Assembly (NCBI GenBank): GCA_965205485.1 | Contig: OZ242180.1 | Coordinates: 704,001-768,000 of the forward strand | DNA: 64,000 nucleotides | DNA from: Candidatus Latescibacterota bacterium | Lineage (GTDB): Bacteria > Latescibacterota > UBA2968 > GCA-2709665 | Direction: 5' to 3' | Shown: positions 20,592-29,854 of the stretch, piece after piece | How the letters are laid out: each line of letters starts with the position of its first letter | Numbering within the stretch: position 1 is the first letter of the stretch | Translations under genes and position numbers: made by a program | The notes under the pieces: generated by a model | What the model saw: the letters and a program-made list of their open reading frames with translations, nothing else | Told to the model about the DNA's origin: nothing | The model's database searches: none

Positions 20592-21614
20592 TCACGCCGG
20601 CAGCGCCAGGATCAGGACCCACATGGACTGTTTACCCACGGTATAGGTCCTTAAAGGACTCAGCCGGCCGGTTTGTGCGTCAATCCGGTATGACGCCAGT
20701 TTTCCGGAATCCTGGCCGCCGGCAAAGAGAAAATGACCCGCGGGATCGATCCCGAATGCCCTGGGTACGGGTTCCGTTCGCTGAATCCCGATGCCCGTGA
20801 GACGGCCGGTCCCGTCGACCGCAAAACACGCGATGCTGTCGTGGCCCCGGTTGGAAACATAAAGAGACCTGCCCGACGGGTGGATGTGGATTTGCGCGCA
20901 CGTGTTTTCTCCTTTGAAGCCCTCAGGCAGGGTGGACAGCGTCTGCAAAGGTTCGAGTACGCCTGAACTGGCGTCCAGCAGATATGCGGTTACGCTGCTG
21001 CCCTGTTCATTGGACGAGTAGACCGTATTCAGTTCCGGATGGAACGCCAGGTGCCGGGGACCCACATCGGGTCCGTGGGACGTCCGTGAGACCTCCCGTA
21101 ACGCGCCCGTTTCCTCGTTGAAACGAAATCCTATAATCGTATTGGATTCGCCCACGTGAGGCAGGAACGCCAGACGATTCGACGGATCCGTCAGAATGAA
21201 GTGGGCTTTAGGCAACGTATTGGTTGTGTGGACGGGCGAGTCGCTGAGCGTCCCGTCTTGCCGGATGGCGTGCACATACGCCATCCCACCACCGTAGGAG
21301 GCTGAAAGCAGAAAGCGTCCATTTCGATCCGTACTCAGATAACACGCGTCGAATTCCACGGATACCGAGCCCAGAAGGGTAAGACCGCCCGTGCCTGCAT
21401 CGACTGAATAAGCTGAGATCTCGCGCGCGCCGCGCCTGCTCAGATACAGGTATTCTCGATCCGGGTCAACGGCAAGCGGTCCGGGCGCGCGTTCTGCGGG
21501 GATACTGTACTCGAAATCGAGATCGCCCGTTCCGGGATCCATCCGATACTTCAGAATCCTGTCTTCGCTGGAAACAGTGATGTACGCATGGTAATTCATC
21601 GTTTGTCCGTTCAA
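20592..21614 (-). CDS. pgl: Lactonase family beta-propeller (6-phosphogluconolactonase-like)
   Basis: ASYGGG, GPRHLAFHP, YVSNRGHDSIA, PRAF motifs. Confidence 0.85.
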   Translation of the reverse strand: MNGQTMNYHAYITVSSEDRILKYRMDPGTGDLDFEYSIPAERAPGPLAVDPDREYLYLSRRGAREISAYSVDAGTGGLTLLGSVSVEFDACYLSTDRNGRFLLSASYGGGMAYVHAIRQDGTLSDSPVHTTNTLPKAHFILTDPSNRLAFLPHVGESNTIIGFRFNEETGALREVSRTSHGPDVGPRHLAFHPELNTVYSSNEQGSSVTAYLLDASSGVLEPLQTLSTLPEGFKGENTCAQIHIHPSGRSLYVSNRGHDSIACFAVDGTGRLTGIGIQRTEPVPRAFGIDPAGHFLFAGGQDSGKLASYRIDAQTGRLSPLRTYTVGKQSMWVLILALPA

Positions 21615-21921
21615 CGACGGGCATTCAATGCCGTTCTCATTTTGTTTTTCCGGGTGGGAAAAGGCGAAGTAACGACGGCCCCCAAATGCCTTCGACAGAC
21701 TCTATTAATCCAGATTCGGACCATTATAACTTGCCTGAATCATGCACGCAAGTGTTTTCTGTATCGGTATTTAGACCGAATCCCCGCTTCGCGCAGCCCT
21801 CCCCTGACTGCGGACTTTGGGGGGTTTAGACCTATGTCAGAAGACCACTCGGAACGGCCGTTCAGGGTTCGGGTTGTGGTATAAGTGCGTATGGACTGCA
21901 AAGTTCAGCGTGCGATTGACC

Positions 21922-21950
21922 TTGACCACGCTTATATACTCCGATATATT
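21922..21950 (+). promoter_or_regulatory. sigma-70 promoter of ABC exporter leader
   Basis: TTGACC-N17-TATATT. Confidence 0.5.
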
Positions 21951-22029
21951 ATACATTGTTCCCGGACCGACGTATACAGATCTTCGAAACTAATGCGAGT
22001 CTATCTATAAATCATTGAAAATAATTAAC

Positions 22030-22083
22030 ATGAAAACATCACTCCGCGCCTTCAGGGCAAAACCGAAGTGCCCTGGGGGCTGA
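22030..22083 (+). CDS. Putative leader peptide MKTSLRAFRAKPKCPGG (17 aa)
   Basis: Short ORF in leader overlapping hairpin CAGGGCA/TGCCCTG, upstream of an intrinsic terminator; no clear SD. Confidence 0.4.
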   Translation: MKTSLRAFRAKPKCPGG

Positions 22084-22127
22084 ATATACGGCGGCCTTTC
22101 GGAGGCCAGGCCCGGTTGACGGCTATC

Positions 22128-22167
22128 GCCCGTTGTCGAGGTTATCTCGACAGCGGGCTTTTTGTTT
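22128..22167 (+). terminator. Intrinsic terminator (attenuator) inside the ABC exporter 5' leader
   Basis: GCCCGTTGTCGAG-gttat-CTCGACAGCGGGC followed by TTTTTGTTT, ~45 nt before the start codon, no upstream co-oriented gene. Confidence 0.75.
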
Positions 22168-22212
22168 GCTGGTCGCAGCCGCATGCCAATTCGGAAAGGA
22201 AGGAGAGCGACG

Positions 22213-23196
22213 ATGCCTCACATTCTCGTTGATAGACTGGTGAAGACGTTTCGCATCGCTGAACGGAAACCTGGCCTCCGGGGCGCGCTCACGGGCGTGA
22301 TCAACCGGCGCCACCGCACCGTAAGCGCGCTGGGCGGGATCTCATTCACCATTCAGCCGGGTGAACTCGTCGGTTACATCGGCCCCAACGGCGCAGGCAA
22401 GTCCACGACCGTCAAGGTCCTCTCAGGCATCCTCGTGCCCGATTCGGGCCGCTGCGAGATCCTGGGACGCGTACCATGGAAGGAACGCATTTCACACGTT
22501 CGCGATATCGGCGTCGTCTTCGGACAGCGCACCCAGCTCTGGTGGGACCTGCCGGTTATCGAATCCTTCGACCTGCTCCGCGACATATACCGCGTCTCAC
22601 AGTCCGACTACGTCCGCGCCCGCGACGAACTCGTCGCCCTGCTCGATCTGGACTCGCTTCTCGACGTCCCCGTACGCCAGCTTTCCCTCGGCCAGCGCAT
22701 GGGCTGCGACCTGGCCGCAGCCCTCCTCCATTCTCCTCCGCTCCTGTTCCTGGACGAGCCCACCATCGGTCTGGACGCCGTCTCCAAGCTTGGGGTCCGC
22801 GACTTTGTCAAACGCCTCAACAGGGAACGCGGCGTTACCGTCATCCTCACGACGCACGACATGGACGATATCGAAGCCCTCTGTACCCGCGTCATGGTCA
22901 TCGGCCAGGGAAGAATCCTCTCCGACGGTACACTGAAGGACCTGACGGAACGCGTCACCCGGCAACGGCGGCTCACCGTGGACCTGGTCGACGGTACTGA
23001 AACCGTTCAGGACCCGGACGCCGAAGTTGTCCGGCGGGACGGACACAGGATTCACCTCAGCTTCGATCCTGAGCGGGTCTCCGCGGCAACCCTCATCGGT
23101 CGTATCGCTGCCCGGCACCCTGTCCGGGACCTCTATGTGGAAAGCCCGCCCATCGAAGAAGTCATCGCCCGGATGTACGAGCAGGAGGAGCTATGA
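22213..23196 (+). CDS. ABC-2 type exporter ATP-binding protein
   Basis: GPNGAGKST, LSLGQRM, LFLDEPT, TTHD; AAGGAG RBS before ATG 22213. Confidence 0.92.
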   Translation: MPHILVDRLVKTFRIAERKPGLRGALTGVINRRHRTVSALGGISFTIQPGELVGYIGPNGAGKSTTVKVLSGILVPDSGRCEILGRVPWKERISHVRDIGVVFGQRTQLWWDLPVIESFDLLRDIYRVSQSDYVRARDELVALLDLDSLLDVPVRQLSLGQRMGCDLAAALLHSPPLLFLDEPTIGLDAVSKLGVRDFVKRLNRERGVTVILTTHDMDDIEALCTRVMVIGQGRILSDGTLKDLTERVTRQRRLTVDLVDGTETVQDPDAEVVRRDGHRIHLSFDPERVSAATLIGRIAARHPVRDLYVESPPIEEVIARMYEQEEL

Positions 23197-23984
23197 AAGC
23201 CTACGCAGCCGTGATCAGCGCCAGGTTCCGGATGATGCTGCAATACCGGGTGGCGGCCCTCGCGGGACTGGGCACGCAGGTATTCTGGGGCCTGATCCGC
23301 ATGATGTTCTTCACCGCATTCTATAACTCCACCACGGCCCCGCAGCCGATGAACCTGACCGACGTCATCACCTACGTCTGGCTGGGCCAGGCACTTCTTG
23401 GCATGCTGCCCTGGATTATCGACCGGGAAATGCGCGAGATGATCCGGTCCGGGGCGGTAGCCTACGAACTCGTGCGGCCGCTGGACCTGTATGCCTTCTG
23501 GTTCTGCCGGGACCTCGCCAGGCGAACCGCCCCGACGCTGCTGCGTGCGGTCCCGATGTTTGTCATTGCCGGGCTCTTCTTCGGCCTTCAGCCGCCGCCC
23601 TCGTGGGCGTCAGCCGGCGCGTGGGCCCTGGCAACCCTCGGAGCCCTTATGCTCGGCGCCTCGATAGCGAACCTGCTCAACATCTCCATGTTCTGGACCG
23701 TCTCCGGACAGGGTATCTCCACCCTGATGGTTGCCGCTGTCGCGATCTTTTCCGGCATGTATGTCCCGCTGCCGTTTTTTCCGGAATGGGCGCAGACCGT
23801 ACTGAACATCATGCCGTTCCGAGGCCTTGTCGATGTGCCTTTCCGCCTCTATATGGGTCACATTTCTCCTTCGGAAATCGTCTCACTCTTCGCGCACCAG
23901 TTGGCCTGGACGCTGGGTCTGATCGTTCTGGGACGCCTTCTGCTTGCCCGGGGGACCCGCCGCCTCGTTTTCCAGGGAGGATAA
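23193..23984 (+). CDS. ABC-2 family permease (DUF990-like)
   Basis: Multi-TM, IRSGAVAYELVRP, SG..VPL.FFP; ATGA overlap with ATPase. Confidence 0.85.
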   Translation: MKAYAAVISARFRMMLQYRVAALAGLGTQVFWGLIRMMFFTAFYNSTTAPQPMNLTDVITYVWLGQALLGMLPWIIDREMREMIRSGAVAYELVRPLDLYAFWFCRDLARRTAPTLLRAVPMFVIAGLFFGLQPPPSWASAGAWALATLGALMLGASIANLLNISMFWTVSGQGISTLMVAAVAIFSGMYVPLPFFPEWAQTVLNIMPFRGLVDVPFRLYMGHISPSEIVSLFAHQLAWTLGLIVLGRLLLARGTRRLVFQGG

Positions 23985-23988
23985 TGCG

Positions 23989-24792
23989 ATGAAAAACGCC
24001 CTTCGTCTCTATATCAGCTACGTCGCAATTTCCGTTCGCGGCCAGATGCAGTACCGGGCATCGTTCGTGATGCTGGCCGCGGGGTACTTTCTGATGACCG
24101 GGCTGGATTTCGCCGCTCTCTGGGTGCTGTTCGATCATTTCGGAAGCATCCATGGATGGACCCTTCCGGAAGTGGCGCTGCTCTACGGGTTGGTCAATAT
24201 TGCCTTCGCCCTCGCCGAGGCTACTGCCAGGGGATTCGACACGTTTGGGACGTGGGTTAAGAGCGGCGATTTCGACCGGCTGTTGCTACGCCCTCGAAGT
24301 ACGGTTCTGCAACTGGCTGGCCAGGAACTCCACCTCCTGCGCATCGGGCGGTTGCTCCAGGGTCTCGCCGTACTTCTTTGGGCACAGTACACGCTGGAGG
24401 TGCCCTGGACGGCCGCCTCGGCCGCGCTCGCGGCAGGCGCCATTCTGGGCGGGGTCGGCCTTTTTGTCGGCTTGTTCATTCTTCAGGCCACCCTCGCCTT
24501 CTGGACCACGGAAGGCCTGGAAATCGCCAACGCGCTCACCAACGGAGGCACAGAAACCGCCCAGTACCCTCTGGTGATCTACCCCCGCTGGTTCCGCCGT
24601 TTCTTCACGTACGTGGTCCCACTGGCCGGCATTTCCTACTTTCCCGCCCTCGAGATACTGGACCGGGCCGATCCCCTCGGGACTGCCGCATGGGTGCGGT
24701 GGATGTCCCCTCTGGCCGGCATCATATTCCTGCTCATCGCGCTGCGCGTCTGGAATCTGGGCGTCCGCCACTATCGGTCGACCGGAAGCTGA
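23989..24792 (+). CDS. ABC-2 family permease (DUF990-like)
   Basis: MQYRASF, GDFDRLLLRP, YPLVIY, G.RHYRSTGS C-terminus; GGAGG RBS. Confidence 0.85.
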   Translation: MKNALRLYISYVAISVRGQMQYRASFVMLAAGYFLMTGLDFAALWVLFDHFGSIHGWTLPEVALLYGLVNIAFALAEATARGFDTFGTWVKSGDFDRLLLRPRSTVLQLAGQELHLLRIGRLLQGLAVLLWAQYTLEVPWTAASAALAAGAILGGVGLFVGLFILQATLAFWTTEGLEIANALTNGGTETAQYPLVIYPRWFRRFFTYVVPLAGISYFPALEILDRADPLGTAAWVRWMSPLAGIIFLLIALRVWNLGVRHYRSTGS

Positions 24793-24912
24793 TCCACCGG
24801 TAAACCCCCGTTTCTGCCGGTGTCCTTCCGGAACAGCGCTTGTGCCGGCTCTCGACGGATTCGGTTGAAATACCCTCGCGATTTGGCTAATTTCCATACG
24901 TGAAGAGAGCCA

Positions 24913-25145
24913 TCAGCTATCAGTCCTCAGCTGTCAGCAAGAGGCGGAACCTCTCCCCGCGGCCGCCCAGACCTCTCTCCCCGGCCCTCTCTCCCGCGGG
25001 AGAGAGGGAGCAAACCGATACGTCGCGTGCCGAGCCTCTATAAACATTGTGATCGACAGGATTTCGCCTTCCGGCACATTTCCAATCACAGTGCATCGAC
25101 CCATCGCCATTCCCCCTTCCTTTAGGAAGGGGGCAAGGGGGTAGG
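24913..25145. repeat. Cluster of short intergenic repeats: 4 x TCAGnnn heptamers and two CCCTC/CCCCTT palindromic REP-like elements
   Basis: TCAGCTA-TCAGTCC-TCAGCTG-TCAGCAA; perfect palindrome CCCTCTCTCCCGCGGGAGAGAGGG (24985-25008); CCCCCTTCCTTTAGGAAGGGGG (25112-25133). Confidence 0.65.
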
Positions 25146-25179
25146 TCCGACCCCGTACCGAGTTGTTCGTACAAACGAA

Positions 25180-27303
25180 ATGATCAATCTCTCCCTATAT
25201 GACACGATCTGGCTGGTAGGCGGAGCAATCGCCGCCGGACTGCTCTGGGGCATTTTCGTATCCGCCATTAAGCGCAGGGGCACGCCGCTTCCGTTGCTGC
25301 TGTTGATTGCTGCGGGTGCCCTGTGGTATACGGGCGATGCGCTGCGGATCCTGATAGAACAAGCGTCGCCGGGTGCTCTCGCGGCGGCCTATGCGGCACA
25401 GGTCGCACGCTTTGGAACGTGCTTCCTTCCTTCAGCTTTACTGGCGACGGTCCTGATTTCAGCTGATGAACAAAGGAACAGGATCGCCGACGGGTTGCGA
25501 CGCAATCTCGTTCCATTCGCGATCGTCCCCGGCTTGATCGTATTCGCTATTGGACTGTGGGAAGTGCCGCTGAAACGAGTGACCTTCAGCGTATACGCCA
25601 TTGCCGCGCTGCTGTCTTCGGCGTGGCTCTGCCGTGGGTTCGCCAGGCAGTTGACAACCGAGGTGCAACGGTCGTTTTACCGGCAGACGGCGCTCGCGCT
25701 GACCGGTATCGCCATTCTGGCCTTTGTCGCATATCCCCTGGGAGGAATCAACCTCCCTCTCGCCGGACCGGCGTTCGACCTCGCGCTGTTTCTGTCGCCG
25801 ATCGCGCCGGCCTACATTCTCGGTTACTACATCTACAGGTACAGTTTTTTCCGGATCGTGGTGAATCCCGCGCTGCTCTATTCGGCGCTGACGGGGATCG
25901 TGCTCACAGTCTATCTGCTTGTGATCCGGCGCGTCGCCGAAGAGCTCGGGCGCCTGGGCGGCGGGTTCCGGGTGGAAGTCGTCGAGGCGGTTCTGATCTC
26001 GCTGCTGATCTTCCTCTTTCAGCCAGTCAAGAATCGGTTGCAGGGGGTCATCAACCGGCTGTTCTTTAAAGCGCGGTACGAATACCAGCACCTGCTGGGG
26101 ACACTGAGCCAGACGCTGAACGTGCCGGATGCGCTGGAGAGCCGGTTGAAGGCGGTTGTGGACGCCGTGGGTACAGTACTCAAGGTCCACCTTGTTTCGC
26201 TGGTGTTGTTTGACAGCGAGGACGGGCGCGTCGATCACGTGAGGGTAATCTCGGGAGGCGGACTGGCCGGTTTCGATCCTCCCGCGTCGCCGTTCAGCCG
26301 AAGTGAGGGGAACCGGGAGCAGGTTCGGCAGGTGGCGGACTGGATGTTGTCCCACCGCAGAGCGCTGGACGTGGGCGAATTGCATCGTCCGGCGCTCGCC
26401 GCGATCCTTGCGGAACAGGGCGTCCGGCTTTGCATACCGGTATTGCATGAGGAGAGGCTGGCCGGTTTTCTTTGCCTCGGAGAGAAGAAACGCAGCGTTC
26501 CCTTTTCGTCAGAGGAATGGGAACTGCTCGGTACGCTGTGCAATCAGATTGCGCTGGCGGTGGAGAATACGCGCCTGGTGGAGCGCCGGCTGCAGCTGGA
26601 ACGGCGCATGTACGAGGCGGAGCGGCTCTCCGGGCTGGGACTGCTTTCTGCGAGCATCGCTCACGAGGTGAAGAATCCACTGAGTTCGATGAAGGCGATT
26701 ACCACCGTGCTTCGGGAAGACCTCGAGACCGACCCTGACAAGGCCGGCGATCTGACAGTCGTTTTGAACGAAATCGACCGGTTGGGCCACGTCGTGGACA
26801 GGCTCCTCAGGTTTGCGCAGCCGAAACACGGGGATACATTTGAGCCCGTGGACATCAAGGGCGTTCTCGACGACGTCGTCCTGATCCTGTCGCACGAGGC
26901 GGAACGGCGGAAGGTGGTAATCCGGGCGGAGGTCGCCGGCGGCCTGGTCGTTTCCGGAGATCCTGAGGACCTGAAAGAGGTGTTTTTCAATCTGATCCTG
27001 AACGGAATTCAGGCGATGGACGACTCGGACCGGACGACGGACCGGCAACTGACAGTACGTGCGGGGCGGTCGGACGGGGGCGTTTCGGTTTGGGTATCGG
27101 ATACCGGGCCGGGAATTTCAGGGGAGGCGCTGCCTCACGTCTTTGAACCGTTCTTCACGACAAAGGCTTCGGGGACGGGCCTGGGGCTTGCTACCGTGAA
27201 ACGGGACCTGGAGCGCATGGGAGGATCAATTGGAGTCGAGAATGGGGAGCAGGCCGGGGCGGTGTTCGAAGTTCAACTTCCGGGAGCGAACGATGCGGCA
27301 TAG
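25180..27303 (+). CDS. Membrane-bound GAF sensor histidine kinase
   Basis: Multi-TM N-terminus, GAF-like domain, AHEVKNPL H-box, NLILNG, DTGPG, FFTTK, GTGLGL. Confidence 0.9.
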   Translation: MINLSLYDTIWLVGGAIAAGLLWGIFVSAIKRRGTPLPLLLLIAAGALWYTGDALRILIEQASPGALAAAYAAQVARFGTCFLPSALLATVLISADEQRNRIADGLRRNLVPFAIVPGLIVFAIGLWEVPLKRVTFSVYAIAALLSSAWLCRGFARQLTTEVQRSFYRQTALALTGIAILAFVAYPLGGINLPLAGPAFDLALFLSPIAPAYILGYYIYRYSFFRIVVNPALLYSALTGIVLTVYLLVIRRVAEELGRLGGGFRVEVVEAVLISLLIFLFQPVKNRLQGVINRLFFKARYEYQHLLGTLSQTLNVPDALESRLKAVVDAVGTVLKVHLVSLVLFDSEDGRVDHVRVISGGGLAGFDPPASPFSRSEGNREQVRQVADWMLSHRRALDVGELHRPALAAILAEQGVRLCIPVLHEERLAGFLCLGEKKRSVPFSSEEWELLGTLCNQIALAVENTRLVERRLQLERRMYEAERLSGLGLLSASIAHEVKNPLSSMKAITTVLREDLETDPDKAGDLTVVLNEIDRLGHVVDRLLRFAQPKHGDTFEPVDIKGVLDDVVLILSHEAERRKVVIRAEVAGGLVVSGDPEDLKEVFFNLILNGIQAMDDSDRTTDRQLTVRAGRSDGGVSVWVSDTGPGISGEALPHVFEPFFTTKASGTGLGLATVKRDLERMGGSIGVENGEQAGAVFEVQLPGANDAA

Positions 27304-28690
27304 GATTCTGGTTGTGGACGATGAACGCGCCGCGCGGCTCGGTCTGAAGCGGGCGCTCGCGGCGCTGTCCTGCGAGGTTGTCGAGGCGGGAGACGGTGTG
27401 GCGGCGCTCGAGGAAATCGCACGCGGCGGTCCCGATCTGGTGATCTGCGATATCCAGATGCCGAGAATGGATGGTCTGACGCTGGTGAAGCGGCTGGCCG
27501 AACGGGGAGACCCGCCGCCGATCATCATGATGACCGCGTACGGATCGGAGCGGATTGCCGTGGATGCGATGAAGGCGGGCGCGTACGACTACCTGAGCAA
27601 GCCCTACGACGTGGATGAACTTCGCTGCCTCGTCCAGAATGCGCTCGAGACGATTCGGTTGCGGAAGGAGAACGAAACGCTGCGCGACGAGCTCCGGCGG
27701 CAGTCCGGGTTCGGACTATTGGTCGGCCGCAGCCGCGCCATGGATCGGGTCTGCGACATGATAGGCAAGGTGGCCGGGACCGACGCGGCCGTGCTGGTAA
27801 ACGGCGAAAGCGGGACGGGCAAGGAACTCGTGGCGCGGGCGATTCACGAACAGGGTGGTCGCAAGGACCGTCCGTTTGTGGCCGTGAATGCCGCGGCGCT
27901 ACCCACCGAGTTGATCGAAAGCGAACTGTTCGGCCACGAGAAAGGCGCATTTACAGGGGCTGCTTCAAGGCGGCAGGGCAAATTCGAGTTGGCGGACGGC
28001 GGAACACTTTTTCTGGATGAAGTCGGGGACATGCACCTCGAAACCCAGGCGAAGCTGTTGCGTGTGGTGCAGGAGCAGCGTTTCGAGCGGCTGGGCGGCT
28101 CGGAGACGGTGGCGGTGGACGTTCGGATGATCAGCGCCACCAATCGGGACCTTCCCGGCGAGATCTCCGGAGGGAGGTTCCGGGAAGACCTCTACTACCG
28201 GCTGAGAGTGGTGGAAATTTTCCTGCCCCCGCTGCGCGACCGCCGGGAGGATATCGGGCTGCTGGTCCGGCACTTTCTTGAGCAATACAATCGAAAACAC
28301 GGAAAGGCAATCAAGGAAGTTCCGGCCGGTGTGATGAAGCGATTGACGTCCTATGCCTGGCCGGGCAATATTCGCGAACTGATGCACGCCGTCGAACGTG
28401 CGGTCATCTTCGCGGAGGGTACCGTCCTCAGCCGAGACCTGCTTCCGGAGGAAGTCCGGTCGCACGGTACGGAATCCAGCGCCACTGGAGCGCCCGCATG
28501 GCGGGACGGTATTTTCTTCCAGGATGCAAAGCAGGAGGCTGTACAGAACTTCGAAGCCGCGTTCATACGGTCGGCGCTGGAGCAACACAAGGGCAATATG
28601 AGCAGAACCGCGCCGGCCATCGGCATGAAGAGGCAGGCGCTGCAGCAGAAGGTCAGGGAACTGGGGATCGATCCGGGGATATACAGATAA
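27293..28690 (+). CDS. sigma-54-dependent response regulator (REC-AAA+-HTH, NtrC family)
   Basis: ILVVDDE/CDIQMP/KP receiver, [26 protein letters not shown]; overlaps kinase stop. Confidence 0.95.
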   Translation: MRHRILVVDDERAARLGLKRALAALSCEVVEAGDGVAALEEIARGGPDLVICDIQMPRMDGLTLVKRLAERGDPPPIIMMTAYGSERIAVDAMKAGAYDYLSKPYDVDELRCLVQNALETIRLRKENETLRDELRRQSGFGLLVGRSRAMDRVCDMIGKVAGTDAAVLVNGESGTGKELVARAIHEQGGRKDRPFVAVNAAALPTELIESELFGHEKGAFTGAASRRQGKFELADGGTLFLDEVGDMHLETQAKLLRVVQEQRFERLGGSETVAVDVRMISATNRDLPGEISGGRFREDLYYRLRVVEIFLPPLRDRREDIGLLVRHFLEQYNRKHGKAIKEVPAGVMKRLTSYAWPGNIRELMHAVERAVIFAEGTVLSRDLLPEEVRSHGTESSATGAPAWRDGIFFQDAKQEAVQNFEAAFIRSALEQHKGNMSRTAPAIGMKRQALQQKVRELGIDPGIYR

Positions 28691-28691
28691 A

Positions 28692-28828
28692 GGAAGACGG
28701 AAGAAGGTCTACGGAAGAAGGTAGAAGGAAGAGGGCCACACCGCACACCACCGGTCATCAATACGGCCTGGCGATATCAATTCGAGGATGCTTGGTGTTG
28801 GTAGGGGCGACCGGCCGGTCGCCCTTAC
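28692..28828. repeat. GGAAGAN heptamer run and GTAG-type REP palindrome
   Basis: GGAAGAC-GGAAGAA-GGTCTAC-GGAAGAA-GGTAGAA-GGAAGAG; GTAGGGGCGACCGGCCGGTCGCCCTTAC at 28801-28828. Confidence 0.6.
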
Positions 28829-28980
28829 AGATTCCGCGGTGGCATGGGATTTCGTGCGGCCGGCCTATCGCTTTGGACCGTCGCACGCACGAAACGCAGT
28901 TCCAAAGAAACCGAAAGGCGAAAGAAGGCGTGAGATTGTAATTGCATAAAATAAAACCTGATGTTATTGCCCCAAACGAT

Positions 28981-29015
28981 GCCCGAAGACGGAAGATTTG
29001 TCTTCGGGCTTTTTT
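28981..29015 (+). terminator. Intrinsic terminator
   Basis: GCCCGAAGAC-N9-GTCTTCGGGC-TTTTTT. Confidence 0.75.
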
Positions 29016-29031
29016 CGGTTCCTCGTCCGCT

Positions 29032-29076
29032 ACCTGCAAGAACCGAATTGCAGGTGCAAGTTTGGTATTGCACCTG
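29032..29076 (+). promoter_or_regulatory. Tandem enhancer (bEBP binding) palindromes TGCAA-N8-TTGCA x2
   Basis: ACCTGCAA-gaaccgaa-TTGCAGGT and CAGGTGCAA-gtttggta-TTGCACCTG, 20 bp apart, 60-105 bp upstream of a -24/-12 promoter. Confidence 0.7.
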
Positions 29077-29136
29077 TCATCCTTTTTTCGTGTCGGATTT
29101 CCGTGGAATCGGCCTGTTTTCGGGCTCAATCCGCTA

Positions 29137-29152
29137 TGGCACGAGGTTTGCA
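29137..29152 (+). promoter_or_regulatory. sigma-54 (-24/-12) promoter
   Basis: TGGCAC-gaggt-TTGCA, consensus match, 30 nt before ATG 29182. Confidence 0.85.
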
Positions 29153-29181
29153 CAAGGTGTGCTGCAGGAAAGGAGGACGTT

Positions 29182-29829
29182 ATGTCCACACACACATTGA
29201 CGATTGCAGCCACCCTTCAACGCCACACCGCCAACCTGATTACCGCCTTCCGGGTCGTGTGCCTGTTTCTGGCTGCGGCCTTTGCGGTCACCGGAGATAC
29301 CGTGCTGGCCTGGATTGCGGTTCCGCTCGCGTTCGCGGCGCTTTTGATGGACTGGCTGGACGGGTACGCCGCGCGCCGGCTGGGTTGCGAAAGCAAGGTG
29401 GGCGGCCTGCTCGATATCGTGGGGGACCGGATTGCGGAGAACGTGTGGTGGGTGGTGTTCGCGTGGCTGCATCTGGTCCCCCTCTGGGTGCCGCTGGTGG
29501 TACTCAGCAGGGGATTCGTGACGGACGCCATTCGGAGTTGCGCCCTTACGCAGGGAAAGACCGCATTCGGAGAGACGACGATGATGCGTTCGCGCATCGG
29601 TCACGGACTGGTCGCCTCCCGCGCAAGCAGGGCGGCCTACGGCGTTGCAAAGGTCATGGCATTTGTCGCGCTGTTCATCCTGAACGCGGTGCAACGTTCG
29701 TCCAACCTGGCGCCGGGGCTGGAATCCGGGGTGGAGACGGCCGCACTCGCGGCGACTTATCTGACCGTCGCCCTCTGCGCGATAAGGGGGATACCCGTTA
29801 TCACCGCCGCAAAAAGGGTTGTCTACTAA
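29182..29829 (+). CDS. CDP-alcohol phosphatidyltransferase family protein
   Basis: ANLITAFR and DWLDGYAARR..G..LDIVGD signature; AGGAGG RBS. Confidence 0.9.
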   Translation: MSTHTLTIAATLQRHTANLITAFRVVCLFLAAAFAVTGDTVLAWIAVPLAFAALLMDWLDGYAARRLGCESKVGGLLDIVGDRIAENVWWVVFAWLHLVPLWVPLVVLSRGFVTDAIRSCALTQGKTAFGETTMMRSRIGHGLVASRASRAAYGVAKVMAFVALFILNAVQRSSNLAPGLESGVETAALAATYLTVALCAIRGIPVITAAKRVVY

Positions 29830-29854
29830 CGTATCGATATTCGAGGAGTACGCG

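Noticed and set aside
22050..22110. CAGGGCAAA as start of a c-di-GMP-I riboswitch
   Set aside because: No GNRA-capped P2 followed by GACGCAAAGCC and no tetraloop receptor; better explained as attenuator hairpins.
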